From the NCBI RefSeq assembly GCF_006345805.1, contig NC_043008.1:57350001-57414000 (forward strand): a DNA stretch of 64,000 nt, given 5' to 3'. This DNA is from Octopus sinensis (Eukaryota). The notes beneath the pieces were generated by a model, which worked only from the letters and a program-made list of their open reading frames with translations, made no database searches and was not told the DNA's origin. Both the position numbers and the translations under genes were made by a program. How positions within the stretch are numbered: the first letter of the stretch is position 1; each line of letters begins with the position of its first letter. Below are positions 25,458 to 37,345 of the stretch, piece by piece.

Positions 25458-26334
25458 GAAGGAAATTTGGCTATTATTTATAGTTGATCAAGCTACTGCA
25501 AAGGGATTTCCTCATTGGCAACCAATGCTGGCAGTGGTTATGATGATGATGGTGGTGGTGGTGGTGGTGCTGGCAAAGATTGTGATGATTGTGGTAGCAC
25601 ATGATTAATAGTGATTTCAGTATTGGTGGTGGTTGTTCTTGTTGTTCTTGTTGTTAAGCAACAAGACGGGTAAGGGTGATTAGGTGATGTTCTAGGGCTT
25701 AGGGGCGGGAGACCCCAGACCTTGGAAAAAAGAAAAACTTTGGTCGTCTTGTTGTAGTCGAGGGCTCTTCATTGACGCCCGACACCACTGGGCGGTGGCC
25801 CTCGAAGTCGCTGGAAATGGAGATCTCCAGGTCCAAATACTTGGACGGCTGGTGGTGGTGGTGGCGGCAGTGGCGGGGGCGGCGGCAGTGATGGTGGTTG
25901 GTGGATAAACCTGCAGTTAAAAAAACATTCCAGCTGCTACCACCCTGCCTTTTACACACGGCCCAGTGGCATCCACAGCCACATTATATCAATATAATTC
26001 CATCCAGTGGCCAACAATTACGATTTAAGGCTAATTTGGCTGCTATATTAAGTAGATTGTGTAAAACACAGAGAGGCTCACTCACTGACGATGTTGGCAG
26101 TTAGTTAGTTAATAGTTTTGGCATAGTTCGTGGTGGAACAGAATCATAATGGTATACTGAAGTACATTTTACATTTACTGAGAGTAATTATAAGTAGCTA
26201 GCATTTGTCAGACAGACTTATCTACCATATGATGTAGAGATGTTGGAAAACAGATTATTTGGTAGGTAGTAGGTAAGTAAGTGATGCATTCTTCGAAACA
26301 CGGCGACTACAACACTGAGGTTTCTTGTCTATTT

Positions 26335-26413
26335 TAGAAGAGGGAGAGAGAGAGGGAGAGGGAGAGGGAGAGAGACTTCCTTTTCATAAGCGCGCGTGTG
26401 AGTGTGTGTGTGT

Positions 26414-26465
<52 letters not shown>

Positions 26466-26569
26466 TGTTTGTGTGTGTAGTGTGAATATTTTTCTCTCCC
26501 TCTCTCTCTTCTCTCTCTCTGCATATATATATATATATATATACATATATAATATATATATATATATAT

Positions 26570-26643
<74 letters not shown>

Positions 26644-26783
26644 TTATATATATATAATATATATATATATATATACACATATATAAATGTATGTATGTGT
26701 GTGTATATATATATATCCTAATTATTCCAGCATGGAAGACAGATGTTAAATGATGATGATAATATACGTATGTGTGTATATAA

Positions 26784-26859
<76 letters not shown>

Positions 26860-26860
26860 T
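26335..26860. repeat. Compound (GA)/(GT)/(CT)/(TA) microsatellite block
   Basis: Read directly; source of spurious ORFs. Confidence 0.95.
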
Positions 26861-27012
26861 ATATACAAAATTTTGTATGTATCACAATTTTTAATCTTCT
26901 GATTTTTTAAATATGCTAAGCCACTGGTTTTAATTGATTAACATCAATTTCTACCCTTATTATTTAATTATACATATATATATATATATATATATCTATA
27001 TATATATATATA

Positions 27013-28011
27013 GGAGGTCTGATCAATAAGTATCCTGACTGTTGTTGCCATAGTAATGAAGCTAAAGCACACAGACTGAAGCTGCTTGGTGGAGATTGTT
27101 CTTGAATTCTGCTCTGCATGCTCACTAAGTTTCAACATTCTAACTCACTTCCGCTGTTTACAGCAGTGCTTTGAAGGAAGGTGTGTAGGGTGTGTGATTG
27201 TCACATTGATCATAAGAGAAAAAGTTGTCATGGCAATACCTATTTCTTTACTACCCACAAGGGGCTAAACACAGAGAGGACAACCAAGGACAGACAAACG
27301 GATTGAGTCGATTATATCGACCCCAGTGCATAACTGGTACTTATTTAATTGACCCCGAAAGGATGAAAGGCAAGAGTGCAGAAAGTGTATGGAGAGGAGT
27401 GTATGAGCCGCACACAAATGTATGAGAGATTGGATATTTTGAAGATGGCCAGAAAAATGTTGATATTGACAAATGTTCTGGGTCACCCGCAACTGGCAGA
27501 ACTGAGAAAACTATTGCAGCTGTGAGGGGAAATCATCGAATCACCATCCATGAGTTATCAGAGGATGTGCAGATTAGTTATGGTTCAGTTCAGTCCATTA
27601 TCACTGAAGATTTGGGTATGAGATGCATGTCTGCTGAATTTGTTCCAAAACTGCATTCAGCTGACCAAAAACAGACTCAGGTTTTGGCTGAACAAGATCT
27701 TCTTGATCGTGTCGAAATCAATGAAAACTTTTTGAAACTTTGCGTAGGCCTCTGAGCAGGTATTGCCAAGCTTTTGGCAAAATTTGATGCAGATTCTCTA
27801 CTCAACTTTCTCTGTCATGGTCAATGTCACAACCACGCGCTACTCACCTTCTTTCCAAGCACTGCTGTAAACAACGGAAGTGAGCTGCAATGTTAAAACT
27901 TAGTGCACATGCACAACAGAGTTCAAAGTCAATCTGTGCTAAGCAGCTTCACTCGGCATGCTTTAGCTTCCTTACTATGGCAAGAGTCCAAATACTTATT
28001 GATCAGACCAC

Positions 28012-28012
<1 letters not shown>
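27013..28012 (+). mobile_element. Internally deleted mariner with long (~215-bp) TIRs
   Basis: TA-flanked termini ggaggtctgatcaataagtat / atacttattgatcagaccacg; HTH fragment RGNHRITIHELSEDVQISYGSVQSIITEDLGMRCMSAEFVPKL; no DDD domain; SINE B at 27241-27373. Confidence 0.88.
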
Positions 28013-28044
<32 letters not shown>

Positions 28045-28057
<13 letters not shown>

Positions 28058-28260
28058 GGAAGTTTATGAAAATAAACAAAAGACGAAGGCAGATGGAGTA
28101 CAAACAAATAAATGTATTAGTATAGCGCTCAGGAATAGAAATAGAAAAAGTCTTTTACGTTTCGAGCCTACGCTCTTCGACAGAAAGATACACAGAAAAA
28201 AACAAGGAGAGAAACAAGGAGAGAGAAAAAATGCATGTAGGAGCTAACGATCTATCATGG
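28045..28260 (-). mobile_element. Short Penelope-like repeat with variant hammerhead (28151-28188)
   Basis: Minus strand: TCTTT-CTGTCGA-A-GAGCGTAGGCTC-GAAAC-GTA-AAAGA. Confidence 0.6.
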
Positions 28261-28284
28261 TGTCCTATATATATATATAGTTAC

Positions 28285-28500
28285 TCCAAACATGAACAAA
28301 GGGAAAACACAACAATGCGAGGACGTGGAACAGGTATAGTGTTATTGGACGCTCAGGAAAGGAAAGAAAGAAGGAGGATTTAACGTTTCGAGCGGAGCTC
28401 TTCCTCAGAAACATAGAAAAAGGAAAGGGGGAAGGAAGGGAAGATGGAGACAGAAAATCGCCAACAATACACATGCGGTCAAATGTCGGTTTAGGTGTAA
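28285..28500 (-). mobile_element. Short Penelope-like repeat with variant hammerhead (28378-28412)
   Basis: Minus strand: GTTT-CTGAGGA-A-GAGCTCCGCTC-GAAAC-GTT-AAAT; second copy at 32150-32340. Confidence 0.65.
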
Positions 28501-28954
28501 ATGGTGGCGACAAAAGGAGAAAAGTGGAAGTAGAAGAAGAAAGGTAAAAAGAGGATGAGAAAAAGTGGAAGAGTCACGGACAAATTTTGTGATGATTTCC
28601 AATCACTATTACAGTGGCGTACTCCGGATATATATATATCATATTCATCATCATCATCATCATTTAACATCCATTGTCCATGCTGATATGGGTTCGACAG
28701 TTTGACCAGGGCTGGCAAACTGGAAGGCTGCACCAGACTCCAGTCTGGTTTGGCATGGTTTCTATGGCTGGATGCCCTTCCTAATGCCAACCACTCCGAA
28801 AGTGTAATGGGTGCTTTTACATGCCACAGTAAGGGTGCCATTTGCATGACACTGGTATCTTCCACAACTGCGGTTTTGTTTGGCTTGGTGCGTCTTCTTC
28901 TCAAGCATGACATAATATCAAAGGTCTCGGTCATATATATATATATATATATAT

Positions 28955-29070
28955 ACAGGAGTTGGACAAAATAATGGAAACACCTAGCATCATAGCATCA
29001 TAATTTTGAAATACCTATAAAACCGTCAAAAGTTTGTTTATTTTTACATTTTTTTATTTATTATTAGTGT
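28955..29070 (+). mobile_element. Tc1-like terminal fragment
   Basis: ta-caggagttggacaaaataatggaaacacc resembles a Tc1 TIR; partner end not found. Confidence 0.45.
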
Positions 29071-29128
29071 TGTTTAATATGTTTTACTAAAATTGCTGTT
29101 TCTTTGCAGATACATACATACATACATA

Positions 29129-29535
29129 AGCGTAGGAGTGGCTGTGTGGTAAGTAGCTTGCTAACCAACCACATGGTTCTGGGTTCAGTCCCACTGCGTG
29201 GCATCTTGGGCAAGTGTCTTCTGCTATAGCCCCGGGCCGACCAATGCCTTGTGAGTGGATTTGGTAGACGGAAACTGAAAGAAGTCTCTCGTATATATGT
29301 ATATATATATGTGTGTGTGTGTGTATATGTTTGTGTGTCTGTGTTTGTCCCCCTAGCATTGCTTGACAACCGATGCTGGTGTGTTTACATCCCCGGAACT
29401 TAGCGGTTCGGCAAAAGAGACCGATAGAATAAGTACTGGGCTTACAAAAAATAAGTCCCGGGGTCGATTTGCTCGACTAAAAGGCGGTGCTCCAGCATGG
29501 CCGCAGTCAAATGACTGAAACAAGTAAAGTAAGTA
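29129..29535 (+). mobile_element. SINE family A, full length
   Basis: Complete head, body and tail. Confidence 0.93.
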
Positions 29536-29556
29536 ATACATACATACATACATACA

Positions 29557-29586
<30 letters not shown>

Positions 29587-29588
<2 letters not shown>

Positions 29589-30370
29589 GTGTGGTGAATG
29601 AAAATTGTCGTCTAAATTACAGAGAAATGAAAATATCACTGACATACTAAAATTACATAAAATGATCTTGAAATACTAAAGATTAAACTTAATCAATAAA
29701 ATCACAATTAGCTTCAACCATGGCCTCCAGACAACTATAGAATTTCCTGCAACTCTTCTGGACATTCTCCTTGTTAAAGTTGGTGAATGCTGCTATGATT
29801 CTTGCTTTCAGTTCATCTTTGATGTTACAAGGAGTTTTGTTGGTCTCTGGTCTCTTGTTCAACTGCACCCCACACATAATAATCAAAGGGGTTGCAGTCT
29901 GGGGAGTTAGATGGCCAGATGTTAGGGGTGTTGTGGTCACAGAAATTGTCTGATAGCCATGACTGGCTTCTCCTGCTTGTGTGGCATGGTGCAGGGTCAT
30001 GATGCCAGACATAGGGTTTTCCAGCAGCCACCTTCTTGACCCAGGGCAGCACTACCTCCTCCAGGCACTTGATGTAGGCCTACATGTTGAGTCTGAGATG
30101 GTGTGAAACGGTGAATGGGGTTATTGATCATGAGAAACACCATGATGTTGCCTGGATGTTTGATTTTTATCACTCTGGGTACATATTTTGGGGGCTCAGA
30201 TTGACACCCAAACACTCTGAAATGTTCGTATTGGAACTTCCAGCACAAATGCCAAGCAGTACAGCATGTCGTTTCCAAATTTCTGGCAAACTGAATTTCA
30301 TCATGGTGCTGTTTTTCTCACAGATGGTACCTAACTAACCCTTGAAAATTTCAAACTGCAATGCATACAT
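29587..30370 (-). mobile_element. maT (DD37D) transposon remnant
   Basis: WHHDPAPCHTS...WPSNSPDCNPFDYYVWG has 37 residues between the 2nd and 3rd Asp; also KHPGNIMVF and LKARIIAAF...LEAMVEANCDFID; frameshifted. Confidence 0.88.
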
Positions 30371-30527
30371 GAAACAGTTACCCCTAAGTTAGCACAATTC
30401 TACTTCAGTGTTTCAGACCCCTTTCTTTTTTACTTTATTTTTACTTTATGCACAATAAAACCCACTTAATCATCTCTGTTTTGGTTTTTCGTTTCATATC
30501 TTTGATAGCGAAACACACTAACTTTAA

Positions 30528-30748
30528 CCCTTTAGCATTTAAACCGGCCATATCCGGCCAAAAGTATTCTGCCTGTTTTATGTTCAAACTGGCCAGATCT
30601 GGTCTCTCACACCAACCCTACAATATCGTTTGAAAAATTAACAGCTACCTCATCAAAATCTCATAGCTACAAGATAATGCATGATTAGTTCAAAACAATG
30701 TGGATAAAAAAGGGTTAATTTTGGCAGAAAAATGCGAACACTAAAGGG
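30528..30748. mobile_element. piggyBac-type MITE
   Basis: TTAA|ccctttag ... ctaaaggg|TTAA. Confidence 0.85.
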
Positions 30749-31205
30749 TTAAACTAATGCTAAAGTTAGAAATATTTTTTTATGTGTTGTTAAATATTTT
30801 TGTGATTCTGTAGAAATAGAAATTCATATATTAAATCAACTTCAAAAATGGAATGGAAAGAATTCAACAGAATCTGTGAAACAGTTTGAAATGAAATCAA
30901 CAACTGTTAAAACATTAAAGAGATGCGAAGACAAAATCAGAGCCAATAATAACGCCTGGATCTTCAATAACTTTAAAACACACATTATATATACAAAGTA
31001 ACACACACACACATATACATATATACATATATATGTATGTTCTCTTTCTGTTTTTTAATTTTAGCGTAAATTTTGACTGATCACCCAATTTGGTAGCAAG
31101 GTTGCGAAGGAAAGTATTTTCTTTCAACCATCATTCTTTAAATTTTAAGGTCTTGCAGGTTTTTATATTCCCAGATATCTTGATCACTTGTAGCATATGA
31201 ATTAA

Positions 31206-31426
31206 CCCTTTCGTTACCAACCCGGCTGAAACCGGCTCTGGCTCTTGAGTACAAATGTCTTGTTTTCGTAAGTTTTGAATTAAAATCTTCCACTAAACCT
31301 TAGTTGCAATTTATGTTCCTAACACTAGCTGAATGATAACTAAGTTATTTTACTAAATTCTTTGTTATATTTCAAGTAATTGAAAGAAACACAGAACATC
31401 TCAAAATAAATACATTAACAAAAGGG
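31206..31426. mobile_element. piggyBac-type MITE (second family)
   Basis: TTAA|ccctttcgtta ... taacaaaaggg|TTAA. Confidence 0.85.
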
Positions 31427-31784
31427 TTAAAGATATGCATTCTCTCCCCAAGATCCCAAGTTTAGCCATACTTTGTTCCTGACAAATTGATATGTATCTT
31501 GTTGCTCCAATAATAAAGGTTATGAATCTGAAAGTGTATCTTGGACACTGGATTTGCAAGTTCCTTATCGACGGTCCATAGAAGTCCTCTTTCTCTTGTT
31601 TTTTTCTCACCACTTTGGTGTCTAGAGGGCAGCTGATTCATACAGCAGAACATGTCTGTTCTTTGTGGTACCACACAATGATATTTGGCCGGCTGTGTTA
31701 TGTATGTATGTATGTATGTATGCATATATATATATATATCATTACACACACACATGCTAGGCAATTCAACAGGGACAAACAAGC

Positions 31785-32141
31785 CAGAAGACTGTTCTGA
31801 AATCCAATGTCTCTTCTGACATGGTTTCCACAACTCCCTAGATGGTAACCCCCCTTGATTATTATGTTAGGAGTGCAGTTGAACGAGAGACCAACAAAAC
31901 TGAAGGCAAGGATTATGGCAGCATTCACCACCTTAAACAAGGAGACCATCCAGAAGAGTTGCAGGTGATTCTAAAGTCGTCATGAGGTTGTGGTTGAAGC
32001 CAATGACAATTTTATTGGATGAATTTACTCTTTAGTATTTCAAGATATTTTAAAGTAATTTTGATAAATATATCTCTTAATATGAGATGTCGGTGTTATT
32101 TTCATTTTTTGCGTAATTCAGACGATAGTTTATTCATCACA
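31785..32141 (+). mobile_element. maT transposon 3' fragment
   Basis: NPLDYYVRSAVERET and KARIMAAFTTLNKETIQKSC; homologous to 29587-30000 in the opposite orientation. Confidence 0.82.
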
Positions 32142-32149
32142 AACATCAG

Positions 32150-32340
32150 AAAACAAAACAACACGAGGACATGGAACAAGTATAGTGTTATTGGACGCTC
32201 AGGAAAGGAAAGAAAGAAGGAAGGAAGGAGGATTTAACGTTTCGAGCGGAGCTCTTCGTCAGAAATATTGAAAAAAGGAAAGGTCCAAGGAAGGGAAGAT
32301 GAAGAAAGAAAATTGCCAACGATACACACGCGGTCACATA
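32150..32340 (-). mobile_element. Short Penelope-like repeat with variant hammerhead (32232-32266)
   Basis: Minus strand: ATTT-CTGACGA-A-GAGCTCCGCTC-GAAAC-GTT-AAAT; same family as 28285-28500. Confidence 0.68.
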
Positions 32341-32471
32341 TTGAAAAAATATATATATATGTTCATGTATATGTATGTGTATATATATACAACACACACA
32401 CATATATATATGTAATATATGTATGTGTGTGTGTATGTATGCATATGTGTATATATATGCATATACATATA

Positions 32472-32502
<31 letters not shown>

Positions 32503-32878
32503 GTCTAATATACATATATATACACACCAACTACCTATATATGTATGTATATATACATGTGTGTATATTATGTGTATATATATATATGCACACACATGTA
32601 AGTATATATATAGGTGTATGTATGTATGTATGTATGTATATATGCCTATATTTATGTATATGTACATATATATATTCACACACACACACATTATGCAGGC
32701 GATGTTTTCAGTCAAGATGGTCCGCCTGTATCTTATCCTTCAAGTATTTCAATTGTGTGTATGTACATTCATTTACTAGATTGCTGACATTTAGAAATGG
32801 TTTCGCCCATTGTGTTGATGCGACATTTCCTATCGTTAATAAAATTGTTGGCATTTTTTACGACACGGGTATGCTAGC

Positions 32879-32946
<68 letters not shown>

Positions 32947-33000
32947 ATATATATAAGTACGCACACAGACAGAAAGAGGGGGAAAGAGAGAACGAGAGAG
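32340..33000. repeat. Long TA/TG-rich low-complexity tract
   Basis: Read directly. Confidence 0.9.
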
Positions 33001-33911
33001 AAAGAGAGAAGAAGGGAAATACTGACATGTATATCGATACAGCGGTATAATACAGCAACACCTTAACATAGTAAGCCATTGCAACATTCTACCATTCTAC
33101 ATATAGCGAATGGTGAAGTTATAGAGGTGGTGATGGCGGATGGAGGGAGAGGAGTGAGCTGACGTGATAATGTTTCGTCCTTCACCTCTTTGTCATTGCT
33201 TAGCTTACGATGTTTCGGTGAAGGTTATACTAAAATTAGATGCTTTCTATAATTGGCACAAGGCCATGTTATATATATATATATATATATTTGTACTGCA
33301 ATTCGCCGGCTCAGATCATCACTGTGTTCTCATTCTACTATTCTCATTCACCATGTATAGTGAAGGCACGTTAATTCCTATTTAAATGTCGGTTTTTAAA
33401 AATGCAAAAGAAACGGAGGGAAATATTTGATTATTGAAATTTCTGTTTGTAACTTTTTTTTAAAAATATTTTTACGTAACAAATTTCGAATTATATCACG
33501 ACTCGAACCACAAACATGCTTATTCATTTAATCTCCTAATATGTCATTAAGATTTTCCGTACACATCCACGTGTTCCTCTCGACTTTGTTTCCTCATGCT
33601 TTTCAAACGAATGAATGTTCTCATAATATTTTTTGGATTTTTTCGGTTTGAACGGCAGATTTTTAAAATAATTTCCATGTAACTAAAAAATTTAAAACTA
33701 AAAAATTTTAAACTTCGTATACTGGTAGAATGTGTTTTATATTTTTACAAATACTTTTCAGGCAGTTTAGATTACACTTTAATTGGAATTTAATGTGAAA
33801 AAAAAATTAGTGAGCGAACACGTACAAAGTGACACATCACATTTATCTACAAAATGAAACTTGAAATTTCGAAAAAAAAAAAAAAAAAAAAGGATTCTAT
33901 ATTTCCGCATG

Positions 33912-34957
33912 GGATCTTTTCACTTTGACCGGCAGATTTAAAAAATAATTTCTTTGTAACATTCTACCAGTATACGAAGTTTAAAAGGGCGAAGTTTCGC
34001 ATATCGTAGCACAGATTTCCGTCGATTTCCGTAAAAAACTTTTATTTTTTTACATAAGTAATGAGAGCGAAAGAGACTAAGAGGAAGCGATTTTACGATG
34101 AGAAGGTTTCTCTTTGAAATCGGCCTGTGTGTGTTTGATGGGGTGTGGGAGACAGACAGTATGTTGTGTAAGTGAAGTGCTTCTGTTAGTGTGTGTGAAG
34201 AGACAGAGAGAGTAATGTGTGAAAGAGAGAGATAACTGATTTTTTACTCGGTGTATGTGTATATGTATGTATGTGTGTGTGTGTGTATGTATCTATGTAT
34301 GTGTGTGTGTGTATGTATGTATGTATGGCCGATTCATCGTAATTTTTTACTCGGTGTATGTGTATATGTATGTCTGCATGTATGTGTGTGTGTGTATGTT
34401 ATGTATCTATGTATGTGTGTATGTGTATGTATGTATGTGTGTATGTATGTATGGTCGATTCAGTGTAATTTTTTACTCGGTGTATGTGTATATGTATGTC
34501 TGCATGTATGTGCGTGTGTGTATGTATCTATGTGTGTGTGTGTAAGTATGTGTGTGTGTATGTATGTATGTATGTATGTGTGTGTGTGTATGTATCTATG
34601 TATGTGTGTGTGTGTATGTATGTATGTATGGCCGATTCATAGTAATTTTTTACTCGGTGTATGTGTATATGTATGTCTGTCTCTTCACACACACTAACAG
34701 AAGCACTTCACTTACACAACATACTGTCTGTCTCCCACACCCCATCAAACACACACAGGCCGACTTCAAAGTGAAACCTTCTCGTCGTAAAATCGCTTCC
34801 TCTTAGTCTCTTTCGCTCTCATTACTTATGTAAAAAAATAAAAGTTTTTTACGGAAATCGACGGAAATCTGTGCTACTACAACCGAAACTATGCCTAAAA
34901 GTGTTTGGTTACTAAGAAATTATTTTTTTAAATCTGCCAATCAAAGTAAAAAGATCC
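33912..34957. mobile_element. Foldback non-autonomous DNA transposon with internal tandem array
   Basis: Termini ggatcttttc / aaaaagatcc; inverted arms about 34009-34208 and 34676-34877; ~100-130-bp TG-rich tandem units at 34230-34680. Confidence 0.8.
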
Positions 34958-35492
34958 TCAGTATGTATTTGTGCGCATTCTTCCACATAAAATTCTGCTA
35001 TAATTGTAATCTACACTGTCAGAAAGATATTCGTTGAAAATTTCATGACAAAATGTGTTTTTCTGAAAGTTATGAGGAAACAAAGTCGGTGGTTTACTCT
35101 GGTTTTAATTATCTCTAATTAACAAATTCTGAATCATATCACGTCCCTGAAGCACAAACATATTTATTTAACCTCCTAATGTGTCATTAACACAAAAAAA
35201 AAACACGACGGACCACGATCGTAGACGTCAGACACAGGTCGACAGGCCACGATCGTGGCCCAGATTAGATGCATTTAATTTATGGGCATTTGTTGGGGGT
35301 CTGATGTCACTCAAATGCTCCGAATGCCTTTTCATGTGTAAAACTTGCCACCATTATATACTAAGAAGATATTCTAACTATTTTTTTGTTTTTTTTTATA
35401 TGTGAATGGTAGTCTCATTTTCATAAAATGTGCTCAGCAGCCCATGCTATGTAAGTGCAAATCCCAGCGCTTTATGGGTTTAACTACTACAA

Positions 35493-35884
35493 TCTCTCTA
35501 TATAAAGCTGAAGGTGTCTGTGTATGGCAGGTTTGGTAGCCTTCAACTAACACTATCTCCTCTGAGACCCTGCGGCGCAAGTTGACCAAAATTGAGAGTA
35601 TGATAGAAGAAGGCTTGCCCTTCCTTCCGTAGAAGAAAAAAAATTCAAATCGGGCCATGTTAACACCCAAAATTATTTACATCAAAAAGGTGCTTTTTTT
35701 CTGTGGAAATCCCTATTTTTTACGATTTTTTCACTGCTGTGTCGGCATTTTTCGGTATATTTCAACCAGAAAAAAGTTCACTGAAAGAGAATAACAAGCT
35801 ACATAATGCAAAAGTTTTATTTTTCAAAAATTCCAATTCTAAAGGGTCGAAACAAACCCGAGCAACGACGGGCGACACTGATAG
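35493..35884 (+). mobile_element. Non-autonomous Helitron
   Basis: 5' a|TC..., subterminal hairpin cccg-agcaacga-cggg (35857-35872), 3' ctgatag|t (CTAG-like), inserted between A and T. Confidence 0.72.
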
Positions 35885-36350
35885 TATAGTATATTTAGAA
35901 AAGAACATCACAGAACAGTTCACTTTCCAACGGTACTTAATTGACATTATATGTGCACAAATAAGTATTTAAAAAAAAAGGAAAAAGGTTATGGTAGTTT
36001 GGAACATAGTAAAGCTAATCGCAGACGCACAAATATATACTACACGCGCGCGATTGTTGTGGTTTTAAAATGTTTGGTGTATTTAATTAAGGCTCTTTGG
36101 ATTGTGAGTTCAAATCCCTTTGAAGTGGTCTTTGGCTTTCGTACTTCAGGTGAGGCCGATAAAATAAAATAATAAATACCGGTGATGATCTATTATTGTT
36201 TACGTAATATTTCAAGTTTAAGACATCAAGATATTTCCTTACACAAAACGCGCGCGCGTACACATACACACACAGATATTGTAAGAAATTTGATGAGATA
36301 TGAATGAGAATCTATACTACAATATTCAATAATAAAAATGTTCTTCGGAA

Positions 36351-36743
36351 GAGTGGCTTTGTAGTAAGTAGCTTGCTTACCAACCATATGGTTCCGGGTT
36401 CAGTCCCACTGCGTGGCACCTTGGGCAAGTGACTTCTGATATAGCCTCGGGCTGACCAAAGCCTTGTGGGTGGATTTGGTAGACGGAAATTGAAAGAAGC
36501 CCGTTGTATATTTGTTTATATATATGTATGTGTGTATATGTTTGTGTCTGTGTTTGTCCCCCCCCCCAATATCGTTTGACAACCGATGCTGGTGTTTACG
36601 TCCCCGTAACTTAGCGGTTCGGCAAAAATGACCGATAGAATAAGTACCAGGCTTACAAAGAATAAGTCCTGGGGTCGATTTGCTCGACTAAAGGCGGTGC
36701 TCCTGCATGGCCGCAGTCAAATGACTGAAACCAGTAAAAGAGT
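36351..36743 (+). mobile_element. SINE family A
   Basis: Head, body and tail present. Confidence 0.92.
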
Positions 36744-36967
36744 ATATTTTTTTTATTATTGACGTTAAAATAGTAATCGATTACGGGTAGTTTTTTTTTT
36801 TTTTTTAATAGCTATCCATCAAAGATCCATGCCCAATGGTAAATGCATAGGATGGGGTATTTCCCCTAAATTTTCCTGTCTATCATAGAACAGAAATCAC
36901 AAATTACGATTCTGAAAAACAAGTTTCTAAATATTTTATTATTTTTATTTCCATATTTACACATAAC

Positions 36968-37345
36968 AGGCGTAGACGTGGCTGTGGGGTAAAAAGATTG
37001 CTTTCCAACCACGTAGTCTGCGTTCAATCCCACAACGTGACACCTTGGACAAGTGTCTTCTACTATAGCCCAGGGCCGACCGAAGCCTTGGGAGTAGATT
37101 TGGTAAGCAGAAACTGATAGAAGACCGTCGTATATAGGTGTGTATGTATGTATGTGCTTTGTTTGTTCCCTGCCATTGCTTCACAACCGGTGTTGGTTTG
37201 TTTACGTCTTCAGAAAAAAAAAAGAGACTGCTGGAATATGTATCAGGCTTAGAAAAAAAATTACTGGGATCGACTGCATTTGCCTAAACCTGTCAAGGCG
37301 GTGCCTCAGCATGGCCACAATAAAATGAGTGAAATAAGTAAAACA
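36968..37345 (+). mobile_element. SINE family A, older diverged copy
   Basis: gtggctgtggggtaaaaag...ccttggacaagtgtcttctactatagcc...cagcatggccac. Confidence 0.8.

Noticed and set aside
34230-34680. CRISPR-like repeat/spacer appearance (also 20238-20405)
   Set aside because: The spacers are TG microsatellite or near-identical units in eukaryotic DNA with no cas genes.
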